A stretch of 64,000 nt of DNA from Adineta vaga. Taxonomy: Eukaryota; Animalia; Rotifera. Both the position numbers and the translations under genes were made by a program. Where the stretch lies: contig CP075492.1 of the NCBI GenBank assembly GCA_021613535.1, positions 17,546,001-17,610,000 of the forward strand, written 5' to 3'. This document shows positions 39,101 to 53,300 of the stretch, piece after piece. Positions within the stretch are counted from its first letter, which is position 1; every line of letters starts with the position of its first letter. A model generated the notes under the pieces. It ran no database searches and was not told the DNA's origin. It saw only the letters and a program-made list of their open reading frames with translations.

Positions 39101-39592
39101 GGACTATTATCACGTTCAAGTTTAATTAATATTCATCCAAATGAAAAATGGTCTGAAGATGGTCTTACAGTAGCTCAAGGAAACGAACAAAAATCATCCT
39201 GTTGATGCGATTGTTGACAAAGAGAGAGAGAGAGAGAGAGAGATAGTCTCATTATTTCTGATCACGGAAATCGTAGAGTACTTCGATGGGTCGTAGCGGG
39301 CGGGCAAGAATCAGCAAGTAATTTTAATTATTTGGCAGGACCTGAAGGCGTTGTTGTCGATCAATTAGGTAATGTTTATGTAGCTGATCGTTGGGATCAT
39401 CAAATAGTGTGTTGGCCAAAAGGAAATACGCAGGGAAATGTCATTGTTGGTAAAAACCGTAGAGGAGAACGGTCAAATCAATTAAGTTATCTTGTTGGTT
39501 TATCATTCGATCGACATGGTAATCTTTATATTGTCGATAATGATAACAATAGAATACAAAAATTTCAAATTGAACAACCAACAAATTCATAA
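39101..39592 (+). pseudogene. NHL-repeat protein remnant with internal deletions
   Basis: INIHPNEKWSEDGLTVA; PEGVVVDQLGNVYVAD; LSFDRHGNLYIVDNDNNRIQKF; broken by deletions and a (GA)n run. Confidence 0.8.
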
Positions 39593-39656
39593 ATCTTTTT
39601 TTATTTATATTAGTGCGATTGAAACTGATTTATATTGAATAAAAATGAAAGAATAG

Positions 39657-39717
39657 TGATGGGTGTGGGTGGCTACCTCTTCATGATCGCCACCCACCCC
39701 ACACCCACACCCTCAAG
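39657..39717. repeat. Telomere-like inverted-repeat element, copy 10
   Basis: TGATGGGTGTGGGTGGC-tacctcttcatgatc-GCCACCCACCCCACACCCACACCCTCAAG. Confidence 0.92.
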
Positions 39718-39825
39718 ACTTTCTCTGAAGTTTAGATAGTTATTAGGATCAAAATCAGCAAGAACTTATTATAATAAGAAAATACAAAGCGCGTATATTG
39801 TTACAGCTTCGATGCTAGTAAACTG

Positions 39826-42152
39826 TTAAAACCATTGATCTCGTAGAACTCCCATCACTTTGTTTTCGATACCTACTCGTCTCAAAAACTTGTGCGGCAA
39901 CGGATTAAATGTCATTAGTTCACGAAAGAACTCTTTCGAGTAGTATTTTTGTAATCGCGAGGCAGCTTCCAAAATAAGTAGTACACAAGATTTCATGATT
40001 AAAATATAAACATAATTGGCTAAGGTAGCATCAGTTTCGGCATCGGAGAGTACTAAATAATTATCTGCGAACTTTTCGTAGGCAGGTACACAGTACCAGT
40101 ATTGAATGAGACGAGCTGTGGGCTCATCTAAAGTTTGTCCGTCAGCAATTGATTGAGTAAAAATTGTTCGATGATCGTTCTCCATGTCTAGCGGAACATC
40201 CTAAACATCAAATTATGTGAAAATATATTGTTTCTTCATAGCAAAGAATTCCAACGTAAAACATGTAAAGTATTATTATCTTATATATTTATACATAGAT
40301 ATTTTTGCATATCCGTATCTATCTATACGTTTCTCCGTGGCGGATGCAAAAGTCAAGAGTCAAAGTCCTACGATGACAAATGAGAAGGGCTACAAAGATG
40401 TAAGTAAATACCTTTGAAGGCAATAAAAGAATGCAAAAAATAGCAAAACTGTAAGGGACAGATGATACGAAAAGTATATATACGGTCTATCTATATATGG
40501 ATGTGTCCATCGGAATCGCTAGATTCGTCTGGCGACCTCATCCGAATCGATAAAACTTGAGGGGTTTCTAAAGCTCTCTGTTCTAATGATTTTGACAATA
40601 AATAGTTTGGGTTTTGTTTCAGACTTCCCTTAACTCTACGCCAAAAACTACCGGCAGGTGAGTCTGTGAATACACCCTGCAGAAGAAATAAATCTAAAAT
40701 CAATAAATTATGGTAGCCCCACCCTATGTTGTTTACTAATTATAACTTTTTTGTATAGTTTTTTTGTCTCAATAAATGTTTAATAAATATAACAAAACAT
40801 AATTTAATTGCTATTTATTGCGGCAGTTTTATCATCGATTATTAGTGCAATAGTGATGAGAATCATGTCAAAAATATGATTCCATGATAATGCAATTCTT
40901 TTGTCTCAATTTCGTCCCAATCGAAAGCATGGGTTGACTTGAACCTTTACAAGAATAAAATCAACCATGCGGTATGCATGTAGACTCGCTAGTACTTAAT
41001 GTTTTTCAACAGAAAAAAAATCCGAACTAGAATCTAGATGCAGAAGAACTGACCTGTAGATCGTCAACTAATTGCATACCAAACCCCAAATATTCCAGAT
41101 ACGCCATTTTAGCCCATGTCAGATGACCCTCAATCAGAAATCCAGCCGCAATCAAAGACGCGCCTCCTTTGTCAGCGCTCACCTGTTCGATCTGAGCCAT
41201 TGTTGGTGCATATCCATCACGGGGGCGCGCATGTTGCAGTGTTGATTTTATTTGTGAATCGTGAATAGTAGCCAAGCTCATGTATACACATTCGTGCTCA
41301 CCACGACGGGCCCAGTCATTTTCGACGAACTTCACCATATCAAATATCTTTCCAATTTTATCTGCGTACGGTTGTAGCAATAATGGCAGTTGTAATTCAG
41401 TCACTTTCGATTGTTTTCCGTCAAAACGCGACTTTGGATCATAGTTCGATTCACCGATGAGTAGTCGATTGTGAAATATTCGCGCGAATTCCTTTTTCGC
41501 TTCCTGAGATACAGAAGTAGAATCTACGAAATCATCTGTATAAGGATAGAGCATAGTGTAGCCAAAGAGCGAATCGCTTATCGCTAATGGTACATTAAAT
41601 TCCACTTGAATAGCAATCATGGTCCAAAGAAGGCGGCCTGCTTTGAACAATTCGTCGAAATTAATAGCTGGATCATATCTTTTCCCCTTATTCAGAAAAC
41701 CAATGGTGCTACGAACGACTGATTGATAGATTTCATAGAGAGATTCATCACGCACTGAAGACATATTGAATATATCATTGCATAGACGAGTACCTGTGAA
41801 CAAATCGTTTTGAATGAAATATGAATCGTATATTTTGTCTAGTTTGGATGTTTTTATTTAAGATTATTTGGTATATCTCACCTTTTGAATACATCTTTTT
41901 TTTAAGACAAGTTCGCTTGAACAATTTAGAGCAGAAATAGAACACTTTAATCTTTCTCAAAGTTGCTCGTTGTTGTTGACGTGTGCGCTGCTGGATAAAT
42001 CGATTGTCAATATTGGATAAATCTGTTGGTCGAGAGTACCACAACTTGAGTGTGTGTTCATAGTTTAATTTGACTCGCTCCTTGGTAAACTCTTCGTAGG
42101 TATCGAATTCGAAGAAAATATTGTTGTCAGTAGAATTGAAAGGAACCTCCAT
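39826..42152 (-). CDS. Class I isoprenoid/terpene synthase-fold protein, multi-exon
   Basis: YTMLYPYTDDFVD (DDxxD), KGGAS, and GFGMQLVDDLQ/DVPLD, where the second DDxxD is completed across intron 40201-41053. 5' end uncertain. Confidence 0.65.
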
Positions 42153-42789
42153 CTACAACGAGAATCTATCCACTACTCATGTTTCTAGATCAAACAATAA
42201 AGGAGCTCGTGGAATAATCCACAAATCTAGCTCCCATCTGATGTACCATCCTTCTTTCTTTCTTTCTTTCTTTCTTTCGTCTAGGTTTATTGGTAGTACA
42301 TATATATGCTATATATATATATATATATATGTATATGCTTTCTTTCGTTCATTAGGCTACATTAATCATGCACTGTTCTCTCTATACTCCCTTTTTACAC
42401 CGTGAAAAACAGCGTAGACAAATAGTATAAACAATATACACGTTTTATACCAGCTGTTAAGAACAGAGTGACTCGTTGCAAAGAGAAAGAAAAACACAGA
42501 CCGTATCATTACCAAATAGAATAGTAGAAAATTTGAAGGAAATAAGGAAAGTGAGAAATAAATACTAGCATTTACGACAAAGAAATATAGAGTGTGAAGA
42601 AATGAGAATGCATGGCAAAGTACAAAGCGTCTTGATGGAACGAATAGATATTGAATATAACCTGTTATTAAACAAACTATCGAAGCTGAAAGTAGAGACG
42701 CATAGAACAAGTGCGTCACAGATAAGACTACTGATAAAATCCTTGGAACCAAAATAGTCAGCTGAATATGACTCGATTTCATACTTTAT

Positions 42790-43315
42790 GCTAAAAAATG
42801 ATCTCCAAGTTATATAGAATGCTTATCAGAATGCTTTAATACCTGGTTAAAAGAAAAACATGATCAAACTAGACCAATTTTATTACTAGCTACTTATTCT
42901 AAACTTTTCGAAAAAATTCTCCTGCAGACAATTAGGAACTGGACCGAAGGTAACAAATTAGTACCACATGAACAGTCTGAATTCCACCCAAAATGTCCTA
43001 GAAGCGCATTCAGCTCATATTTTTGCCGATAATCTAACTGTATTCATTAAACCACCAATAATGAGGAATCTACATCCTTTGACTCAGTATCTTGAGAAAG
43101 GAAGTACAAGAATTTGCGACGAAATATATAGATACTCGAGGAAATGGAAGCAACCTAGAAGTCCAATAATCAACGTGATGAGGAACAACAAAAAAATATA
43201 TGTAATAAAAGAGTTCAAGTATCTAGGATTCTCATGGATAGATAAACGTTTCCTAAAAGCAGCAATCGACAGATGTTCGGAAAGCATACAAAGATCACTA
43301 GGAAAAATGAAGTGA
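42790..43315 (+). mobile_element. Non-LTR (LINE) reverse transcriptase remnant
   Basis: RPILLLATYSKLFEKI...LVPHEQSEF; FADNL; KEFKYLG, with deletions. Confidence 0.75.
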
Positions 43316-44315
43316 ATGTGTTTTGTTGAGTCGTAAAAAGAGAAAAAGAGAATGCTTGTGTTCTTCAGTGAACCCTTATTTGCTCACATTTCTTTTCATT
43401 TTCCTTTTGTTCTTTTTTCTTTCATCCTTTTTTTTCGTTTCTTTTTTTCTCTCTTCCCTATATAACAATTAAAACAAGGGCAATTAAAAAAAATCGCTCA
43501 AATAGTAAAAATTGATAGTAAAAGTGTACTGAAAATATTTTTCTCTGGATAATAATTGTATACTTCAACAAACACCTTACACATTTTCATAATGCCAATT
43601 GCAAGAAGAACACCATTGGCTAAACTATATTGACAAAAATTAATTCGAGAATATTTAGAACTTCATTAAGAAAATCTCCAGTTTCGCAAAGGAAAGCCGC
43701 GACTGAAAGGGTTAAACATACTTGGTATAGTCTATTAGTAATGATCGAAATACGACGTACGAATGCGTTGAGTCTTCGATGTTGACACTCACTTATTCAT
43801 TTATGCACGTTTGTTGAAAGAAAAACGCGAGAGCGAAAAGAATTGTGAAAAAAGAAAATTCGATTGACAACGGTCGCAATTGACGACGAGAGTGGCATTA
43901 ATCGTATGCAAATGTGTCACATGAAAAACACTCTTGCATAGCCTTCATTTTTCGTTTGAAGAATAGTCATATAACAACGAATATTCACATTGTTATACTT
44001 CCGTTGTTATGAAAAGATGATGTTGTTGGAGAACGGCAGCAATTAGAAACAAATGTAGCAGTATAGTTAGTTACCAGTCGATTCTTTCATCTCTCTGGTT
44101 TGGAATTTAAAATAGTGTTGTTCTTGGATGCAGTGGTGACTATGACTCAACGGTGTCCATGTGCATCAATCAAATCATATAGTGACGTCTTTGTCTTAAC
44201 TTATGAGTAGTGTAGAAATCGTTAACTCGATTCGAGTATTAAACTTATATATACAGAAGGCGAAGCTTCGAGTTTTAAACTTTTCAACCTCCACATTTTC
44301 CTCCTTGCCTTCAAA

Positions 44316-44340
44316 CACCCACACCCACACCCACACCCTT
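44316..44340. repeat. Telomere-like C-arm, copy 11
   Basis: (CACCCA)3CACCCTT, ~80 bp upstream of the ATG at 44423. Confidence 0.8.
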
Positions 44341-44422
44341 TTGTTCCATTATAATTGTAGAAAGGAAAATGTGAAACTATTTTGAATACATTTTTAGATA
44401 ACTAATTCTAATTGAGAATAAA

Positions 44423-47400
44423 ATGTCATCGATTGATCAAGCATTAACAAATAATAATCAACAAGATCGTGTTATAAAGTATATTCTTGGGAAATTAGAA
44501 TCTTATGCACATAAGTCTCATTTATGGCAAATAGTTCATGCATCACATATTCGTCGAAGTCTTTTAAGAAAATCACGTCATATATCAAAACTTTATTCAG
44601 TATCAGAAGATTTTGTTCGTCAATGTATAATTCAACTTCTTACTGATGTTGATCAATGTGTAACACACCTTTATCGATTAATTTGTTCAGAACATTTTGA
44701 TGACTTAATAACTGTATTTAAACATAGTGATAAAATCAATAATGCTTGGCATGTGATGCAAGTAGAACGTGCTCGACAAATCTTTTCAGTCAATTTAAAT
44801 GATCAACAAATAACTGATAGTGAACTTTTACAAAATTATTATCAATATATTGAAAAAAAATTTACATCTAAATATAATCAATTAAATGGAAATTGTTCAA
44901 GAAAATGTCGAGATATTCCATTTGATTTAAATTTAACTTATTCACAAGCTGAACATACTGCCAAAAATTACTTAAAAAATCATTTTAAGAAATATCACGA
45001 GAGACAAATACCAAATATTGATTTAATTGATGAAATGATTAAATTAGGTAAGAGAAAATTATTTCAATATATAGATGAAATATTATGAATTTGATAATAG
45101 GATTAAATGATATGAAAAAAATTCCATGTCACAATGATTTTCAAAATAGAAATAGTTTCATTGGAAGAATATCAATATTTCATAAAGCAAAAGAAGCTTA
45201 TCAATGTCTTTTAGAAAGTACATCGAATGATTTTATGTTACTTCGTTTTGGAAGAATTTTATCTCGAGATGAATCAAAAACAACAACATTACTTAATAAA
45301 AATTTCTGTTATTTTTTACATTTATTTATTAAATCATTATTAATTTTATTTACATCAATAACATCAAATGCAAAAGAAAATATTATCTATTCGATACCAA
45401 AAATAGTTCCACTTTTTTTTTCTGATGATGATCCATCAATAATTAAATTAAATTATGATTTATTGTCACCTGAATCAAATATCGATCAATGGACATGGTT
45501 AATTGAACAATGGAGAAATGCTTTAAGAACATTACCATTTCTTTTAACAAAATCTGGTGCATTTAGTCGTCTTGTTCGAACAACAATTGGAATTGGTCTT
45601 ATTTATTTAGGCAAATCTGCTGAAACAATTATTTCAACAGATCATTCAACTATAAATGTTGATACAATGAATGAAAAATTATTTCTTTCACTTCAAATAG
45701 GATTTTATTTTGGTATTGCTTATGCATTTGTTGATTGTTTTCAAGATAATATTAATGATTTTGATAAAAAATCATTTTCTAGTTTTATTCCTTTAAATAC
45801 ACAAGATAATCAAATAATCAATAATACAAATGATATTATTGATCAATGGTTATTAACAATGGAAAATATTTTATGTGGAGAAGAATTCGATCGAAATATT
45901 TTACCAAACACACCATTTACAACAATGCTTATTGATTCATTTGAAAATCTTGTTATTTTAACACAATTAATAGATACAAATTTTGAATCTCTCAATGAAT
46001 TAGTTCTTCTCTTACGTTCTCAACGTTTAGATCATAAATCTTTTCAACAACAATATGATAATGAACAACTTTATCTCGGTTTGTTTAAATTGATTTATTT
46101 CTCAAATAAGATAAATTCTTTTTCTTTTAAAAATAATTTAGGTAGTATATTAAAATCACATTATACATATACATGTTCAACATATCTTGGTCAAATGCAT
46201 TCAGCACGTGTAGATAATGATCGAATATGGTTAATACCATTTCTTGGTCAATTAACAGATGATTGTCGAGATTTTAATGATGATCAAAGATCATTATCAG
46301 TCACTCCATTTACATATTATGCTTATTTAATTAAAAATAGAGATTCTCAAGTAAATTATTTAATCAATCCATTTCTAATGTATTTAAATATATGTTGTGA
46401 TATTTATTTATCAAGTAATCGAGATAGACGAACTGGATCATTTCTTGGTCGTCGTATATCTCGTTCATTACATTCTATTGAAATAAGTAAAGATGAGAAA
46501 GCTTTGAAAGAATTTCTTCAAATATTTTGTTCAGTTAATTTTATTTTATTTAATTATTGTTTTCAAAAATTACGAAAACACTTTTCATTAATTACTGATC
46601 CTGAAAAATCATTTTTTCGATCTCTTGATTTAGTATCTTTAAAATATAGTCAAACAAATAGAAAATTAGAAACATTTATTTTTGAAAATCATTCTAAATT
46701 AGAAAATGCTTTACAAATCGATTCATTAGATTCAACACAACAAATTTATCATGAAGACGAATTATTAATAACAGCTATGAATTATAGTGTACAAGCTGGA
46801 GGAAAAAGATTACGAATGTTATTAGTATTAATGATTGCTGATTTATATCAAATTGAATTTGATAGAATATTACCATTAGCTTGTGGAATTGAATATTTAC
46901 ATACATCATCATTAATATTTGATGATTTACCTGCACAAGATAATAGTGATTTAAGACGTGGAAGAAAAACACTTCATAAAACAACAATTGATAATGATAT
47001 TCCCGAAAATTTATCTGAAGGTCGTGCACAATTAGCAGGTGTTGATTTAATTGCTATCAGCATAAATGTTATTAATAATGGCCTTAAAAAACAAGGTTTT
47101 TCAGCTGAAAGAATCAATCAAGTTATTGGAGAAATATCTTTATTAATGCATGGTCTTTGTATTGGTCAAATGATGGATTTACGTGCGGCACGTCTTGGCC
47201 TTCATCTCAATGCAAATTCAGAACAAATTGATCAACTTGATCGAATAGCTTGGTTAAAAACTGGAAAAACTATTGAAGCTGTTTTAGTTACACCAGCTAT
47301 TCTTTCTACACGTTCATCTGAACAATTGTTTGAAGAATTACCTCGTCTTAGAGAATTAAGTCGTCTTATGGGAATTCTTTTTCAAATGCGTGATGATTTG

Positions 47401-47616
47401 TTAGATATCGAAGATAATGAATATGTTGGAAAACCAAAATCAATCGATACAATTAATCATACAGTTACTTATGTTTCACTTCTTGGTCATGAACAAACAA
47501 AAATTCGTTTACAATCTTTTCTCAATCAAACTTTACAACTTGTTGATGATTGTTGGCCAGCTGATGCGGAAACTATCAAAGATGTTGTTAGATATATTGT
47601 TTCTAGAAAAAATTAA
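44423..47616 (+). CDS. Multidomain protein with a C-terminal trans-polyprenyl diphosphate synthase (FPPS/GGPPS-like) and an upstream isoprenoid-synthase-like region
   Basis: GGKRLR, LIFDDLPAQDNSDLRRG, GQMMDL, KTG, FQMRDDLLD. Intron 45048-45100 joins the ORFs in frame; probable in-frame intron 46079-46141. Upstream VDCFQD and QLTDDCRD motifs. Confidence 0.85.
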
Positions 47617-48075
47617 ATTGTTTTTTCTTTATTTTATTCATTTTGAATATGTTTTATTTTGTGAAAAATAAAATATATGGATTAGATAGATGAGACAATA
47701 TTTTATATTGTGACAAACATACGTACATACAAAGTTTTTTTTTCTTCATATGAGCCTCCTTTCAGTCGAGGGAACTTTCGGTTGCATATATTCAGTGGTA
47801 GAGCCTCCAAAATTCTTTTGGTCTATCATAGGAAGTACAAGTTTTCCCCTATTGGGTGTAAATTGTTTTTTGAATGATTATTTTTCTGAGAAGTAGGAAT
47901 TCTTTCACGGCGATGAAGAAAAACAAACAATACTTCTTTTTCAATTTTAATCTTTCATACGCATAACAAAAATTACAGGTGAATGTAGAAGTAGTTGGTG
48001 AAATAGACACATTTTCGATTCGTTGTTTTTTCGAAGAAAAACATGATTTAATACTCGAAATCTACAACATTGATC

Positions 48076-48137
48076 TGGGTGAGGGTATGGATGTGTGTTC
48101 AACATACTATTAATCACGTATATCTACACCCACCCTA
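48076..48137. repeat. Telomere-like inverted-repeat element, copy 12
   Basis: TGGGTGAGGGTATGGATGTGTG...TCTACACCCACCCTA, 2 nt from the DGK stop codon. Confidence 0.85.
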
Positions 48138-48139
48138 AA

Positions 48140-50007
48140 TTAAGAACTACTATTTGAAAGAAGAAGAACTTGTCCAGCATGTGTAATATGAATAGCAGTA
48201 GAACGAGATAAATAAAAAGGTTCACCATCCATATGAACAGGCATTGAACGATCTAATTCAATAGTTACTTGATGACATTGAGCTATCCGTTGACCTCGAC
48301 AACCGATATGAATAAAAGCCATTTCAAGTGAATTTACACCTAAAACTTCAATTTTTCTATCAGCAAAACTTTGTTGTTGAAAAATTGTTGATGAATTCTG
48401 ACGATTAGATTGAAATGCTTGATTAAGATGATTGTCATCAGTTGTTTCGGAAGAAATATTATTTGATGTTCTAGCCCAAGGTCGTGCTCCAGATCCATAA
48501 CTTGGAATATTAAGCAAAATAAGTGAATGACAAGATCGAAGTGAATCAGTTAAATCAACTCCATCACAAATTAATTTCATATAAGGAAATAAACTCCATG
48601 ATTTCCATAAAACAAATTCTTTCAAATATTTTCGACTTATATTTATATAAAGAAATTTATTTTTCGTTGGTGAAGTAAATCGAGATGGATTTTGAATTCT
48701 TTGATGATGAAAATCCAGAACAACAGCTGCATCCAATCCAAAACTAAGATAATTTGTAAAATGTGTATTTAAAGGTTGTCGATAATTTAAATAAGACGGT
48801 GGATCTGTTTCGACTACAAATTTTGGTTCTTCTAATAAACATGAACATAATAATCTAGTAGCATTTCGATGTTCATCGTTAATATTTGTTTGTCTTAAGG
48901 ATTCCAAAGATATTTTCCATCGATCAAATGGAACTGGTTGAGCTACTGATGTTTGTAAAAGTGTTTTAAATAGATTTTTCGATTGATAAGTCCATCCCCA
49001 TCCTAATACACGAGCCAAATCATTTCCTGTACCTAAAGGACATATGCTTACAGGAGGATTTTTCAACGATGAATATTTTTCAGCAATTCTACTTAATACC
49101 CATCCAACAGTTCCATCACCACCACATATAAAAATACGAATATTTTCTAAATATTTATACATTTCCAAAATTGAATCTAACATAGCAGAATTTTCTAGAA
49201 GAAAAACTTGTCGAGGATTTAATATTTGAATTAATTGTCGATAAATGACTTGACCTTGTTGACCGCCTGAATATTTGTTTATTAAAATAATAATTGGATT
49301 TAATAATAAAGTATTTTCATTCATATTTAAATTTAATCGAATATAAAAACGTTGAGAAAGATTTTTATCACGATGAATCCAATGAGGACGAATTATTATA
49401 TTTCTTTAATTAATAAAAATATTTTAGATAAATCCTAAAAAAAAATCTCTTTTTCTTTAACATACTTAAATTGACCATAATCACAATTATTTTGATCTTT
49501 TATCATTTGATAACATCTTTCATGACAATATCTTTCACACCATAAACATTTGAAATAATTTGATAATAAATGACTTCTTTTTCTCATTGGCAAATTCGAT
49601 TGATCATCATTTTCATTTGAATCAATTATTTGATTTACTCGATTTTTCTCGATCTTTTTTCTTTGACAATGAAAACAACGTTTTTTCATTGATCTAACAA
49701 TTGACCAATAATGTTCATCGTTTTCATTCTTATCTATTGATAAATTATTATCAATAAATGTTTGACGACAATTATCAATTAAATCTATCGTATTACAATC
49801 CATTAAATGATATTCATGAATTAAAATTAAACAAGAACCACATTGAACATACGAATGATTATTTTCTGATTGAATATTGTTACACGATGAATATGAACAA
49901 AATAAAGATGAAGAAGGCCTTGTAGTTGAATAAGGAAACCAACAATGAGATTTTGGATTAACTTCATCATTCCATTTAACGCCATATTTATAATTAAATA
50001 ATGACAT
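48140..50007 (-). CDS. Diacylglycerol kinase (two C1 domains plus catalytic/accessory domains)
   Basis: CGGDGTVGW, PLGTGNDLARVLGWG, NYLSFGLDA, HMDGEP; C1-like H..C..C motifs; intron 49404-49465. Confidence 0.9.
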
Positions 50008-50315
50008 TTTATCTCTATTGAATTATTCGTTGAACTTGATCGAAAAAACTAAACTTACTTTTTCTTCCGATTGTATTATCAATATTTGAAAAAAATGTAT
50101 GATCGATGAAAAAAGAAAAAGAATGGTAAAGAAACGAAAATGTGATCACGATTAAAAACAGCGTGACAATCAAGGTTGAAATATCGAAAGAAATAAAAAT
50201 ACATCATTTTTCTCTGTCCACACAGAATTAAAAGAAAAGAAAAATATTCATTTTGAATCAATTTTTTTTCTTTGTACATTTCATTTTGAGTAAAAAAGAA
50301 ATTTACTTTGGTAAA

Positions 50316-53300
50316 ATGGTACTAAAAAGTGTTGTTCGTTATATAATAAATCGATATTTGAAGAATTATATTGAAGCATTAGATGAAAAAAGAGTTGATT
50401 TTAATTTAAGAAATGGTAAATGAATATTCAACATTGATTAATATTTATCTTCTTTTTTTGTTTTTGTAGGGCATGTTTCTTTAGAAAATCTACATCTAAA
50501 AGCTGAATCATTGGTTTGTATAATGAGTTCATCAAAATTTCGAGAATAATATGTTTATTTATAAACACATTTAGAGTAATTTTAATCTTCCAATATTGGT
50601 TTCAGCAGGTTTTATTGGTTAGTATTGTCTCCTTTTTCTTTTCTTTGAATAATATGAATAAGAAAAAGTTACTTTTTTAGAGAAATTAACATTAACAATT
50701 CCATGGATGCATTTATATACTCAACCAACAAGAATTTTCATTCAAGGTTTATATTTATTAGTTGTGCCAAAAAATGGTAAAGAAAAATTTAGTCAAATTT
50801 GAAATTTGCTTAGATAGAATCGAAACTGATATTTTATAATGAAAAGAAGAAGAAAAAAATCGAAACTAAAGTATTATATCAAACAGAGAGTTCGCTCTAG
50901 AAGTTATCTGATAATGGAGATGCGTATAAAAGAGGAATCAATGATAGGATTTAATTGAACTTTAGTTCGATTGTTTTTTTTTCTTAAAAATTTGTCTTGA
51001 TACTTTTCATTCGATGTTGATGCACATAAAGATGCATATGAAGAGATACAGGATGAGTATAAACGATTCAGTTCCCAAAAAACACGAATCAATTCCATCA
51101 TTGTGAACTATTCGTTTACCTTTACCACAATAGCGTTCAAAAATTATTTTTATAATGTAAAGACTATAAGAACCAAATTTCAGCATCTAACCTTACTCTA
51201 ATGATATTTCCTCGTTTGCAGTTATCCATATATCAAATTTCTTTTTCTTCTTCTTTTCATTATAAAATATCAGTTTTAATTCTGTCCATAACATATCTAC
51301 GTATATATGTTTAGAAATTGATCGCGATTTAAGTGAACATTATGCTAATAAAATGAAAAAAGTACAACGAAAAGTTGATGAATTAAAAACACTTATGTCA
51401 GGTAAGAATGTTTATTTGATCGAAAAATGAATTATTGTTAATTAAGATCTATTTTTAGAAAAGAAAACACTTGAAGAAAAAGATTTAACATTTTTTGAAC
51501 GAATGATATTACAAATTATGCAAAATATTGAAATAATTGTGGAAAATTTTCATCTCTCTTATGAAACACAATCAACATCTAAATTGGGACATCCTTTTTC
51601 TTTTGGTTTTACTTTTCATCGACTTGTCTTAATAGTATTTATCATATTTGTTTTCAATTTAGATTTATTCTTTTTATTTTTTTGTTAAGGGTCAATCTGG
51701 ACCAAAATCAACAAATCAATCAAAAGATAAAATACCAATTATTTATACAGTCTGTTATTTTCATAGACTTTAAAAATGATTTTTTTTCTTTCTTTTATCA
51801 TGGATTTTAGTTAAAAGAACTTTCTTTTCTATCTATGTATTGGAATAGACAATGTCAATCGAGAATACAAATGAATTTTGATACAATTATTGTGAGTTAT
51901 TTAAAAGAATTTCAGTAGATGTCGAATTCGACTGTTTATTTTAACTTGAAAAATAAATTATAAAAACCAGAACAAAAATTCGAAGATAACGTAGGACTAG
52001 ATTTGTTTAATTTAAATTCTTAGAATGATTTAAAATGGAAAGTAGCTAAACCATATCATTATCCTCAATCAAATCAAATGAATTATAGTAAAATTTAATC
52101 AAAATATTCCAAAAAAAAAACGAATTAATAAATTTTTTCTTTGAAATAGTTTTACATCCTGAGAATTTCCAAATGAATTTTCAAGTTCGCATAAACCCCA
52201 ATGAACATAGTTATCAAAGATCATCATATGATGCAGAAATTCTTAGTCAACAATTAACAATGTACATTGATTCACAACAATTCTCTGATTTATTAGATTT
52301 TATTAAATTTCAAAATTATTCAACTCTTTATGGTGTTTATATCGATCATGTTTATATAAATATATTTCTTTGTTTTCTTTTTCTATTATAGAACGATGTC
52401 AAGAATATCGAGATTTGTATTTAAAAGAATTTCTTGGTATTGAATTATTTACATCAGAAGAGACAAAACGGATTGAAGTAAAATATTTTTTTAAATGAAA
52501 ATCTCCGATGTTTTTTTTTGTTGAAGATTCTTCAAAGAAAATTAGATGTTTTCAATTTAGCCAATATTCGTTATAGTGTTGAAACAGAAGTAAATCATAA
52601 TTTTCATATTTAAAAAAAAACGGAAAGATTAAATATTTATTGTAATGATTATCAAAATAGATCAATGAAAATCATTTGGAAGAAACATCAAAACATTCTT
52701 CAAAGAATTTGTCTCGTTGGTATTGGTGGAAAAAAAGAAAAAGTTCTTCTTTCAATGGTTGAGATTAAAAATATTTATTTCATTTATAAGCTTTTTTGCT
52801 TTATTAAGAACATCGACAAACATCGAAAATTACGGTTGAAACATTAGTTGATGATGCTATTCGATATTATATAGAAGATGTATGAGAAATTTGGATGAAA
52901 ATAATTATTAAATAATTATTTACTTTTAGTTACCAAATATTGATATTCAAATTCGAATAGAAAATGTTGATCTTTATTTAATTTCACCTTTGGAATATGT
53001 TTCATCTGTATTGAATAATCGAATGGTAAAGAATCGTGAAATAATTACTCATGTTAATATCAAAGAAACACGTTTAAATATTCAAAAACGATCGATTTCA
53101 TCGAATACTTTGTAAATTTATTGAAAATATTTTCTTTTTTTTTAAATCGAATTATTGAATTTAAAGATTTAATTGTGATCTTGGCAATGTTTATTTATAT
53201 GCAATTGAGTCAGAACGAAATGAAAAACGATTATTAGTTAAATCACTAAATAATCACAATGAAAATTCAATGGTTCATCTTGAACTTGAATTTTATCCAA

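Noticed and set aside
43696-43715. piggyBac-like terminus (…GAAAGGG-TTAA)
   Set aside because: I found no matching opposite end or transposase, so it is not called.
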